Positions 51,845 through 61,410 of a DNA stretch of 64,000 nt are shown here, piece by piece. The stretch is from NCBI GenBank assembly GCA_963729605.1, contig CAVSNY010000005.1, forward strand, positions 32,001-96,000, read 5' to 3'. Both the position numbers and the translations under genes were made by a program. The DNA comes from an uncultured Gammaproteobacteria bacterium (GTDB lineage: Bacteria; Pseudomonadota; Gammaproteobacteria; DRLM01). Position 1 is the stretch's first letter. Each line of letters starts with the position of its first letter. The notes under the pieces were generated by a model. The model was not told the DNA's origin and did not search any database. It was given only the letters and a program-made list of their open reading frames with translations.

Positions 51845-52605
51845 GCTTTTTTCAAAACCGCCACAATGTGATATCCGTTGCTCTTATCAGCATAACGGCA
51901 TCGCGCCCATAGTCTCCGCCACACAAATCGCCTGAGAAATATCGGCTCAAATACCCAATATTTATTAATTGTCAACTTTAAATATAACTTCAGCCACAAC
52001 GGTTCTCTGTAAATCCGATCCATTGATAGATCGCTATAGGCAACACCTGCCGATATCAACTGAAGTTTTAGCAGGTCCTCTGTGTAATGACGATAATGTT
52101 TTTTATTTAATGGAAGAACTGTAGATGGAACGGAAATAATCACATGTCCGCCATCCCTCACCTTGGTAAATAGATATTTTATAAATTCGACAACGTCATG
52201 GTCAGGAATATGTTCGAGAACTTCGATAGCAACTGCAACATCTGATACATCGCTGATATCTCTTTCACCCACGCACAAAAACTCTACCTCACTATTGAGC
52301 GCCTTCGCTAAGTTAATGGCTCTAGGTTCAAGATCAATTCCTATTTTCTTCTTAATTGAGCTAAGGCTTCCAATGAATCTACCATCACCACAACCAACGT
52401 CTATGACCGACTGAGGCGAAAGGCTTTCAACAATTAATCTTATATGTTCCTGGTAGCAAAGATATTCCAAACCCCAGTTCAGGCTTTTGTATCGAACACC
52501 TGCACCTTTTTCATCAAGCCAAGGGATATAGTGATACGGATAAAGATACTGCCTTGATTGAAAGTTGAGCTTACTACTAATAGATTCTGAAATCTTCTCA
52601 TGCAT
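51841..52605 (-). CDS. Class I SAM-dependent methyltransferase
   Basis: IDVGCGDG, EVLEHIP, ISVP, HYRHY. Confidence 0.85.
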   Translation of the reverse strand: MHEKISESISSKLNFQSRQYLYPYHYIPWLDEKGAGVRYKSLNWGLEYLCYQEHIRLIVESLSPQSVIDVGCGDGRFIGSLSSIKKKIGIDLEPRAINLAKALNSEVEFLCVGERDISDVSDVAVAIEVLEHIPDHDVVEFIKYLFTKVRDGGHVIISVPSTVLPLNKKHYRHYTEDLLKLQLISAGVAYSDLSMDRIYREPLWLKLYLKLTINKYWVFEPIFLRRFVWRRLWARCRYADKSNGYHIVAVLKKA

Positions 52606-53878
52606 TTACGAATCTCCACAGCATAAATCTGTAATACATCGATACTCCACAATAGTTAACTAATATTCCCAGTGGTGCACCAATCAGACCCAGCTCTTCG
52701 GTGAAGATATACACAAACGAAACAGTTAAGGCGATAGAAATGACATTGGCATATAACGTAATAGCTGGATCTGTTGCGAGTGAAAAAGGGCGGCCCCACC
52801 AGAGTTGCTGAGCCATGAAAGAAGCAATCACCATTACACCAAAAGCCAAATACTGTTCACCTGTTAGATTTAAGTTATTCCATTCACTATAAAGGCTAAG
52901 AAAAGGTGCGATGAAAAAAAGCAACAGTGCAAATCCCTTCATCAATGAATTGTTGGCGTGAGCAACAGTATCTCGAATGGTCTCCGCCTTATTCTCAATC
53001 ATTGCCTGTACAAAGCGAGGATATATCTGAGCCGCATATGGCCCAGCGAGCATGCTCATGGGACTAAGGAATTGTTTAAATAAATTATAAATCCCCACAT
53101 TGGTAGGATTGGTCAAATAACCCAGGATAACCGTATCAATGTGCTGATTCCCTGCCTTCAAGCTAGAAGATAAAAACGTACTGAGACTGAATCTAGCGTA
53201 GTTACCAAGATGCTGCCTTGGTATACGCACAGCGCGCAAATTACTGAACAATTTATGAAGAGGAAAACCATAAACGACAACTGTTACAAATATCGAAGGA
53301 ATCAGCATAACCCACACGATGTTCTCAAAGCTGAGCTCCACCCCTAAATAGACCGCAAGAGCCAGCAATACGACTTTCAACATCTGTTCTGCAACATTCA
53401 GGCTATTTATAAAGCGGAAACGTTCTTCGGCCACCAGCAGGCCAAGCGCCGTTCCCCGCAAGAACGTTGCAAGCATGATGCCGGAAAAAATGGCGACTCC
53501 AGCTTGCGAATTGATTTCCTTGAGAAGAACTTGCGCGATCGTTGGCGCCATTATTTGCACCACCAAGAACAATATCCCACCCATCAGCAGATCCAGCATC
53601 AATCCAACCATAAGTGAAAGCCGACACAGTCCGGGATCATTCTCAACTTGCCCTCGCTTATAAAAGTTAATCACAGCTTCATTGGTACGAAACGTTATGA
53701 GATTAGTGAGAACACCAGCCAGCGCGGCCATCATGGCGATCCTACCGTAAACATCAATACCTGCGTATCGTGTGATTATCGTAATCGAGACAAATCCAGC
53801 GCCAAGCGTCGCCAATTGAGCGCCATAGCTAAAAAGAACGTTGCTTTTAAACCGGGAATCGATAAGGCTACGTTTCAC
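52598..53878 (-). CDS. wzx: Oligosaccharide flippase
   Basis: About 12 TM segments, ITRY.G...YG, IDTVILG...VGIY, YPRF. Confidence 0.82.
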   Translation of the reverse strand: MKRSLIDSRFKSNVLFSYGAQLATLGAGFVSITIITRYAGIDVYGRIAMMAALAGVLTNLITFRTNEAVINFYKRGQVENDPGLCRLSLMVGLMLDLLMGGILFLVVQIMAPTIAQVLLKEINSQAGVAIFSGIMLATFLRGTALGLLVAEERFRFINSLNVAEQMLKVVLLALAVYLGVELSFENIVWVMLIPSIFVTVVVYGFPLHKLFSNLRAVRIPRQHLGNYARFSLSTFLSSSLKAGNQHIDTVILGYLTNPTNVGIYNLFKQFLSPMSMLAGPYAAQIYPRFVQAMIENKAETIRDTVAHANNSLMKGFALLLFFIAPFLSLYSEWNNLNLTGEQYLAFGVMVIASFMAQQLWWGRPFSLATDPAITLYANVISIALTVSFVYIFTEELGLIGAPLGILVNYCGVSMYYRFMLWRFVNA

Positions 53879-55062
53879 GCTAGTGTTTCCTTATCAGCGT
53901 TCTGCTCAAATTTGGTAGCAGTTAGCATTCTCCAATCGTGCATCCAAGAAAAAATATTTTCGGCCCTCTTATTCCACGTGTATGCGTGAACGTCTTGCCA
54001 CGCTTGGTCAACGATAGCGGAGCAATCGTTATCAAATATCCATTGAATTTTCTTTGCCAGATCTTCTGGATCATCTGGATTAAATAAAATGGCATTTTCA
54101 CCGTCGCGGAGGATCTCCTGCAATGACGGGATCCTGGAGGCAACGATCGGTTTTCGTGCCGCCATGTACTCAAATAACTTGAGCGGTGAGGTATACGCGC
54201 TCATCGGATCTTTGGAAGAATTCGGCAACACCAGCACATCGGCGGCATCCAAATAACTACGAACTTCGCTCCTTGGTTTGTAACCGAGAATCTCTATACC
54301 TTTCCGCCCTTCCACATATTTTCTGAACGCGGGCAAGGTATCGGGTGAACCGCCAAGAAAAACGACCTTACAATTTGACGGTAGATACTCAATGCAATCC
54401 GCAAGTGTATGAATACCTTTCCACGGAAAGAGGTTGCCTGAATATAGAACGACCTTGTTTCTACGATTTGATTGTTTTTCGCTGAAGATTAATTCATCTT
54501 TCTTCACACCGTCATGCGCGACCAGTACATTTGTGGAGAATCCTTCGTAGAGCATCTTTAAATGGTTATTGATCACCACAATGCCGTTCACATGTTTAGC
54601 GTGCCGCGCCTCCCTCACCGAGAACTTGTGTGCCTCGAAAAATACTTTTTGCTTAATCAGGCCAACTTTTTTTCCGAAAGCAAGCGCAGACAATGTTATG
54701 CTGTCACGAACGAAAACATAGCGATCTTCCGGCGCCTTCATTAAACTTAAAAAGCAAATTATCGAAAAAGAAAGGGCTTCGATTTGAAACCACATGCGAT
54801 CAGATATTTGCCGAACCCATGGTAGATCAATGGATAACAAGCGCTTCAATTTAAAATTTTGGACAACGCCATAATCAAGGAAAGTATTATTAACTGGGTC
54901 AGATAAAGCGCTCTTCGCAGAGTAGTCCCCTCGCCTCGACGGATGCCAAAACTCAACCGAACTAAACAGACCTGCAAAAGCCTCGCACATACAGAAAGAT
55001 TGATAGGTGTTAGCCTTTCTCGATGGTATTTGAGTATTCGAGATATAAATAAGGTCAGCCAA
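53875..55062 (-). CDS. GT4 glycosyltransferase
   Basis: YSGNL..WKG, TSPLKLFEYMA; TTG start at 55062 with AGAGG RBS. Confidence 0.88.
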   Translation of the reverse strand: MADLIYISNTQIPSRKANTYQSFCMCEAFAGLFSSVEFWHPSRRGDYSAKSALSDPVNNTFLDYGVVQNFKLKRLLSIDLPWVRQISDRMWFQIEALSFSIICFLSLMKAPEDRYVFVRDSITLSALAFGKKVGLIKQKVFFEAHKFSVREARHAKHVNGIVVINNHLKMLYEGFSTNVLVAHDGVKKDELIFSEKQSNRRNKVVLYSGNLFPWKGIHTLADCIEYLPSNCKVVFLGGSPDTLPAFRKYVEGRKGIEILGYKPRSEVRSYLDAADVLVLPNSSKDPMSAYTSPLKLFEYMAARKPIVASRIPSLQEILRDGENAILFNPDDPEDLAKKIQWIFDNDCSAIVDQAWQDVHAYTWNKRAENIFSWMHDWRMLTATKFEQNADKETLA

Positions 55063-55696
55063 GTGCGTTCCTCTTCTCGAAAACAACTCCGACATAAGCT
55101 GATAGTCGATTCAACCTAGGCAGTGAGATGCCAGGGCCTTTCATGAAAGCAACCTCAATCGGAACCAAACCAAGGTTGTTCCCGTGACGAAGCATCCCCG
55201 GCAAAAGTGGAAAATGCAAATGATCGCGCGCACCCAAGAACTTATTGATAAAACTGCCAGCGGTAACATCCGAAACAAGTAAATAACTGATTAGTTTTTG
55301 AATAGCGTAGGGATTCGGGAAAGTAATGATGTATCGTCCTCCTAACTTGAGCGAACGGGAGCAATTTTCGAACGCCAACCATGGATTATTCAAATGCTCA
55401 ATCACCTCACACATCACGACAATATCGAAAATATCTTTATAAAGAGCGTCACCACCCAGATCATAAACTGATTTCTTCCGATAGATTATCGATCCATCAC
55501 TAATATAGTTGCCAATCTTTTCAGAGGTATCGATACCGACAATTTCAGATTGGGCCGAGAAATTATTTAAAATCGCATTATGGATAAATGGCTCTGCATA
55601 TTCGCCAATAAACCCGACATCTAAGATACGTGATTTAGCATTGGCTCTGAAAATACTCGCTATTACAAAGTCTACTCTTGATGTATATTTAGCCAC
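55055..55696 (-). CDS. Methyltransferase domain protein
   Basis: ILDVG, VGID, EVIEHL.NP, LKLGG, TFPN; GTG start at 55696 with GGAG RBS avoids overlap with the upstream gene. Confidence 0.75.
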   Translation of the reverse strand: MAKYTSRVDFVIASIFRANAKSRILDVGFIGEYAEPFIHNAILNNFSAQSEIVGIDTSEKIGNYISDGSIIYRKKSVYDLGGDALYKDIFDIVVMCEVIEHLNNPWLAFENCSRSLKLGGRYIITFPNPYAIQKLISYLLVSDVTAGSFINKFLGARDHLHFPLLPGMLRHGNNLGLVPIEVAFMKGPGISLPRLNRLSAYVGVVFEKRNALG

Positions 55697-55713
55697 GCAC
55701 GTCTCCAATGAAT

Positions 55714-56421
55714 TTATTTCAGTGGCTTTTCGAAGACCGCGAGAATATCGAGTGCATATCGTTCCGGCACGGAATAACCGTCGATGCGTGGTCTTATCGA
55801 TATCAGGCGATCTAGAGGTGTCAGTAAAAGATATAGGACAGTGGATCCTAATGGCCTTAAAAATGGCGGAAGGCAGATCGATGGCAAACGAGTACCGACC
55901 CACGTTAAAAGACCCTCTCCTACCGCTTCCATATGGATGCATTGAAGACCGGAACGAGACCATAACCTCTCCATGGTCTTATGAGTGAACCGCCAATAAT
56001 CATTTGGATCACCATGATACTCATGAATAAATGGCACGCTAACGAATAGCCGCCCACCCGGCTTTAAAACTCTGTAGATCTCCAATGGCGCGACCGTCAA
56101 ATCGTATACATGCTCGAATAGGTGGAACGCCAATACCGCATCGAATGAATCGGAATCCAAAGCGAACGGCTTTTCCACATCGAGCGCAACCACACCCTCG
56201 CTCGCAAATAAATCTGTTTTCAATAGCGTCGAATCAGAAGAAATCCGCAAAAAATTAAAATAAGAATTCTTCCCAGATTTTCCACCTATCTCCAAGATGG
56301 CACCATTAACACTGAATTTAGATAAAGAAAGATTAAAAAGCGTTCGAGACAAACTTTTGCCGTGCAAGAGTTGTCTAGCAACACCAATTGGAGAATGGAA
56401 TTTATGCGTTAATCCGGTCAT
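55714..56421 (-). CDS. Methyltransferase (type 11-like)
   Basis: ILEIGG, LFEHV, RVLKPGG, VPF...H..P.DYWRFT. Confidence 0.85.
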   Translation of the reverse strand: MTGLTHKFHSPIGVARQLLHGKSLSRTLFNLSLSKFSVNGAILEIGGKSGKNSYFNFLRISSDSTLLKTDLFASEGVVALDVEKPFALDSDSFDAVLAFHLFEHVYDLTVAPLEIYRVLKPGGRLFVSVPFIHEYHGDPNDYWRFTHKTMERLWSRSGLQCIHMEAVGEGLLTWVGTRLPSICLPPFLRPLGSTVLYLLLTPLDRLISIRPRIDGYSVPERYALDILAVFEKPLK

Positions 56422-57494
56422 TTTCCATCCAAAGGAAACGCGTTAATAAGTTTTCCAGTCAGCGCATCGAGTGAATGATCCTTCACCACAATCGAACGCA
56501 TCGCATCTCCTAAAGCTAGTCGATCCACGACCGGCATCTTTGCAATCATCGCTATTTTTTTTGCCAACGTCGCGGGATCATTTTTGGGAATCACGAGGTC
56601 ACTAGAAGCCAGCCCAAAAACATCTCGAAAAGCAGCATTGCTCGTAATTACCACTAATCCGCAACTCATAGCTTCTAACACTGCCTTGTCAATACTGTCG
56701 GTATCACTACTGTTAATGAAAACATCCGCACCATGGTATGCCTCGTGGACCCTATGGAAGGGAAAAGCTTGGTGAAAAGTGACAACCCCGGCGAACGATA
56801 ATTCCTCTGCTTGCTGACGTAGTTGGCGTGCGTAAACTTCCGCCGCTTTCCCTGCCGGATCACCCACGTAGCGCAATTCCAATCTCTGCTGTACCTCGAA
56901 AGGCAGCATGGCAAGAGCCTCTAGAGCTACTTCCAGCCGTTTAACCGGTGATAGGCGACCAACAGTGAGTAGCACGAGTTTTTCTTCGCTATTCTTACGC
57001 GCCATTTTACTCGGAGAGAAACGAGCAACATCGATACCATGCCCTATAAACTGAACCTTATGGGTATTAATCTGAAATCCACTTTTGCTTGCAGACACAA
57101 CTCGATCTACCAACTGCGTGGCCAAACGTAGCAATAGAGAAACGTGCGAATGGGTGTACCAAAGTACAACCGGAATGTTTCTAGATTTCAATAATGGCCA
57201 ACCGAGCACTGCAAATAACGGCATCATGTGAGCGAAGCAGACATCTATTCGCTCAGCACGTAGAACGCGCCAAAGAATCCGGTAGAATTCCAGCAGGCGG
57301 CGAAACTCAGAATATCCTTTCTCTTTACCAACACTTAAAACTTTGACGTTGCCTGCCACCGACAAGCGCCCCTTCATCATCGTAATAACGAAAACTTGCT
57401 CACATTTTTTGGAAAGAGCGTTAATCCAATCGGTTGTAAACCCGAGAACAGAATCGTCAGCGTCTGTTTTTAGGTTAAATATAAGGAGATTCAT
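56418..57494 (-). CDS. GT4 glycosyltransferase
   Basis: GHGID, VGRLSPVK, DKAVLEAMSCG. Confidence 0.88.
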   Translation of the reverse strand: MNLLIFNLKTDADDSVLGFTTDWINALSKKCEQVFVITMMKGRLSVAGNVKVLSVGKEKGYSEFRRLLEFYRILWRVLRAERIDVCFAHMMPLFAVLGWPLLKSRNIPVVLWYTHSHVSLLLRLATQLVDRVVSASKSGFQINTHKVQFIGHGIDVARFSPSKMARKNSEEKLVLLTVGRLSPVKRLEVALEALAMLPFEVQQRLELRYVGDPAGKAAEVYARQLRQQAEELSFAGVVTFHQAFPFHRVHEAYHGADVFINSSDTDSIDKAVLEAMSCGLVVITSNAAFRDVFGLASSDLVIPKNDPATLAKKIAMIAKMPVVDRLALGDAMRSIVVKDHSLDALTGKLINAFPLDGK

Positions 57495-58662
57495 TTCGCC
57501 GCCCACATTCTTACTAGCGAATCAGCCAGACGCTCTCTGCCAAAAAGTTTTCTGACATATTGGCAAGCTGCTTCGGCAAATTGGTGACGCTTCGAACCAT
57601 CGTTCAACAGGGCTAAGATTCTACTCACCAGGCATTCTCGATCGCCGGGCTGACAGAGATACCCCGTTTTCCCATCCACAATTATATCCTCAGGACCAAT
57701 ACAGGCAGTACTTACCACTGGAAGCCTCGCCATATTAGCTTCGACGATGACCCGACCGAAGCCTTCATAATGAGAGGTAAGTAAAAAGAGATCAGCTGCG
57801 CCATAGACCTCCGGAAGTTTTTGATAAGCGACATTACCAAGGAAAACGAAAGCCGCTGCCAGTCCTTTGCTTTGCACCCGATTTTGAATTTCTTTCCTCA
57901 GTGGACCATCCCCAGCAATGAGAAAACGGGTATCCGGCGCTCGTGCTAAAACTTGCTGAGCAACATCGATCCACAAGTGCATATTTTTCGGAGCATAAAG
58001 ACGACCGACAAATAGCACAACCTTGTTTCCAGACAATGACGGGTGAATGGCAGCTTTACAAAATTCTTTCTCTTCCTTAGTCGGACTAAAACTGACACCA
58101 ACCGGAATGACATGTATAGATTTTACAGGCACTCCGATATTTTCGACGAGCTTACGCTTTTGCTCCTGCGATACCACCCGAACTGCGTCGGCTTTTTTCA
58201 GTAGGCTCGAAGCAATACGCCGGCGCACCGCGTTTAGACGATTTTCTTTGAGCCAGTCAGCGGAGAATAGATCAAAGTGCAGTTGAGGAATGAAACGAGC
58301 GCGGTATCGTCTCGCCAGCCATAAACCGAGCTGACCATCTTCATACGGTTCTTGAGTAGTGATGACCGTAGGCGCCCAACCATCAACACATACCTCGCGC
58401 GAGGCACGAAGAGCATCGATAACAAACAGGGCTCGATGAGCCGATGCGGTACCATATATTTTGAGGTTTGAGACTGGATTGATAAACTGCTGTGACACGA
58501 GCTTCTTGGTATAAGTGAGAATGCGCAATTCGCTGCCAGGGACGTATTGGCTTAAGCTCTCAGCGTAGTAAATGTGACGTTGAAGTGTATCCCCGAATCC
58601 ATTCTGGTTTTCCAGCAGCGTCGGATCTTCGAAAGAATGAGCACACGCAGAGGAGAGTTCAT
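57491..58662 (-). CDS. GT4 glycosyltransferase with a -1 frameshift near the 5' end
   Basis: FVGRL...K, EGFGRVIVEA; ATG at 58662 gives MNSPLRVLILS, which joins the main frame DPTLLENQ... if one base is added near 58628. Confidence 0.82.
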
Positions 58663-58667
58663 TGAGT

Positions 58668-59870
58668 TCACGCAGCGCGAGTATGTTGTGAAGTTGGTGT
58701 GGTTGTCTTATTGGAATTTAGCAGTCGCGTTAGCGCATTCTCATAGGCGAGAAAACATTCTTCTTCGTCAAAATGTTTCTCCAACATACGGCGAGCATTG
58801 CTTGTCAGACGATGACAGGTATCAGAGTTACTTAGTAACTTATGAATAGCATTCATAAGACCTTCGTTGTCGCCATAAGTAACCAACAAGCCGGTTTGAT
58901 CGTGCTTGACGACTTCGCCAGTACCTCCGACATCGGTCGCAATGACGGGGACACGAGCCGCCATTGCCTCCAATACAACGTGCGGCAGTCCTTCATAGCT
59001 AGAATTGAGAATAAAAAGGTCAGAAGTCTCCAGCAGAGCACGCACCTTTGACTTGGATATCTGCCCCAGAAAGATAACTCGGTCGGCAATCCCATAACTC
59101 AGAGCCTGCTGTTGAAGCTTGGCCTGCTCGGGGCCCTCACCCGCAATCACCAATCGTGTATTGGGAAGATTGTGTAAAGCTTCTATAAGTCGATCCACGC
59201 CTTTCCATGGCACTAGACGGCAAACAGTAGTGATTGTTTTGCCATGGTACGCGGGAAGAGTGAGTTCATCTGCCGGCTGATCGAGTTGGGTTGAATTGTA
59301 GATGATCTGAAGCGCCCTGTTATTCGTATTCCAGCCGCTGACAATTTTGGCCAGGTAATGACTGGGGGTGATGATGAGGTAAGCGCGAGCAAGGGAAGTG
59401 TCACGGAGTTTATCGAGCAGGCGAAATCGCAATGATTTCGATAAATGCTGATAATCATCAATGGTGCCAGAATACCATTTGCGGACGCGAGCGATTTCCC
59501 AAGCACGGTCACCTACTACTTTGTGCAACTCTGGCTTCCGCAATAGCGTCGCTGCTATACGTGTTTCAAGATCAAGGCCATTAGCAAATACAATATTTGC
59601 AGATTTTCCTAGCTTGTAGATAGCAGAGATGGTGGTCACCAACCGCTTAAGCCGAGACCCACGACGGAGAATGCGATGGACTTTAAAAGGATAGCAGGTG
59701 TCATCATGATCGATGATGTCACTCCAGCAGACAACTTGTACCGTATGCCCTCGTTGCGTTAGCCAATGAGAAATGCGTGGCACAAAGTTGGCCGGGCCAC
59801 CTATATCGGGCGGAAAAATACCGGATAAAATAAGAATGTTCAATCGTGATGTTTTCACATATCTATACAT
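58668..59870 (-). CDS. GT4 glycosyltransferase
   Basis: FPPDIGGPA, RLVPWKG, YEGLPHVVLEAMA. Confidence 0.92.
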   Translation of the reverse strand: MYRYVKTSRLNILILSGIFPPDIGGPANFVPRISHWLTQRGHTVQVVCWSDIIDHDDTCYPFKVHRILRRGSRLKRLVTTISAIYKLGKSANIVFANGLDLETRIAATLLRKPELHKVVGDRAWEIARVRKWYSGTIDDYQHLSKSLRFRLLDKLRDTSLARAYLIITPSHYLAKIVSGWNTNNRALQIIYNSTQLDQPADELTLPAYHGKTITTVCRLVPWKGVDRLIEALHNLPNTRLVIAGEGPEQAKLQQQALSYGIADRVIFLGQISKSKVRALLETSDLFILNSSYEGLPHVVLEAMAARVPVIATDVGGTGEVVKHDQTGLLVTYGDNEGLMNAIHKLLSNSDTCHRLTSNARRMLEKHFDEEECFLAYENALTRLLNSNKTTTPTSQHTRAA

Positions 59871-59872
59871 AG

Positions 59873-60827
59873 TTAGTTGGACATAGTCGTATCGGCGCGT
59901 TTTCTCTTAATGGATGAAAATATTACTGCGAACAGGATGCTCATTAACAAGCCCGCAGCAAACCCCATCGCAACAATCATTTTTCGATCCGGTTTACTTT
60001 TCGTCTCAGGCACCACCGCCCGATCGATTATGTTGAATGCATATTGATCCCGCGCGTTGGCGAGCATGATGTTTTTTGTTTGAGCCTCGATCAGTCGATA
60101 GATTGATTGCTGCATTTCCAACACGCTAGTCTTAGCTAATTGATCCTTGAGATAGGCAAGACTCTTCTCAGCCTCTGTAATCGCGGCCTGTTGCTCATGC
60201 CAGTTCAACCGCTCCACCATGAGGTTGGCCCAGAGTGCCGCTTGCTGGGGATCCTTCCACTCGATAGCCAGAGTGATCAGTCCAGTCTTTTTGTCCTGTG
60301 TGATGGTACGGATGTTGTTATCAAAGATTTGATAGGCTTTCCGCAATGTCGGTGTATTTTTGGGATCCTCTACTAGCCATGTTTTATTCTGCGGATCCCA
60401 TATGTCACTAAACAACACTGGTAACAACTTCTCGTCCTGGATAAAGGCATCGGTAAATGCTCGCGACTTCAAAACTGCAATAACCCTGTCCACAGAATTA
60501 CCACCCGAACCGATGTTAATGCCCGCTAATGAGGCGATTCCGCCCAACTCCCCTGCGAGAGCGGACAACCGGCCACCTTCTTCAGGAGAGTACTGGTGCC
60601 AAAGTAACCTCAGCACGATAAATAGGGGGCATCCACCAGGCAATTGCCGCCGACGCGGCCGTCGTAACTAATGTTACTGCTAGAATTAGCCACTTGAACG
60701 AGACCAACACGCGCCACAAATCCAACAAGTTGACCTCATCCTCCGCAACTGCCTCCTGCGGTTGAAGGTAGTACACCACCTGAGAGGGTTCAGCGCTCTT
60801 TGTTGGGCCTTGCTCGTTCATTTGCAT
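59873..60827 (-). CDS. wzz: Polysaccharide chain-length determinant, split by a frameshift near 60588
   Basis: DEVNLLDLWRVL + TM + PPIYRA in 60582-60827; LKSRAF, coiled coil, IDRAVVP..KP + TM in 59873-60643. Confidence 0.85.
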
Positions 60828-60852
60828 ATCCAGGGTATATCTTGTCTATAAC

Positions 60853-60933
60853 TCATAGATAATTGCATTGTAGTTCTACATCAAATCGAAGCATCGTGGA
60901 CTCGAGTTTTTGCGCAATCACTTCCCTATCCAC
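60853..60933 (-). pseudogene. Truncated HEPN (HepT-like) toxin N-terminus
   Basis: GTG-DREVIAQKLES overlapping the MNT stop, then unrelated sequence and a stop after 26 codons. Confidence 0.6.
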
Positions 60934-61319
60934 AGTTGCCTCCTGTGCGCGAGAATGCGGTTGCGATAAGGCAGGAAATCCGCATGGTCGAAGACATGTC
61001 TGCGAATCAATTCGCCATACTGCGTATCACTGCCGAGGATTCTTTTACCATACTTTAATACTTGTCCAAGCAGGGGCTCGCCGACGGCACGGATGTCCAC
61101 CAAGTCGACCGGACGGCCGGTTTCCCCCGCCAATTCGGTAATCAACTGTATTTTTTCTTCCGTCGTAAGACGACGGCCCGCATCTACCGCAAGATCAAGA
61201 TCGCTGTCCGCGCGTCCTTTACCTGCCGCCAATGAGCCGAACAAGATCGCCAGGCGTATTTGGGGATACGCGCTTAAGACGGCTAGCAGAGTTTGGTTTA
61301 GTTCGGTGTCGGTGGTCAT
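60918..61319 (-). CDS. Minimal nucleotidyltransferase (MntA-like antitoxin)
   Basis: LFGSLA.G....DSDLDLAV (GSx10DxD), RPVDLVD. Confidence 0.88.
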   Translation of the reverse strand: MTTDTELNQTLLAVLSAYPQIRLAILFGSLAAGKGRADSDLDLAVDAGRRLTTEEKIQLITELAGETGRPVDLVDIRAVGEPLLGQVLKYGKRILGSDTQYGELIRRHVFDHADFLPYRNRILAHRRQLWIGK

Positions 61320-61410
61320 GTCGTAGTAATGAATCTCGCCAAGGCGCTTCGCCCCAGGCATTGCTATGTTCCACTTCCCTGCCTCTCTCCCGAGAGGGGA
61401 AAGAACAGCA

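Noticed and set aside
55697-55963. N-terminal extension of the 55055 methyltransferase overlapping the upstream gene by 250 bp
   Set aside because: A GTG with a GGAG RBS at 55696 gives a non-overlapping start
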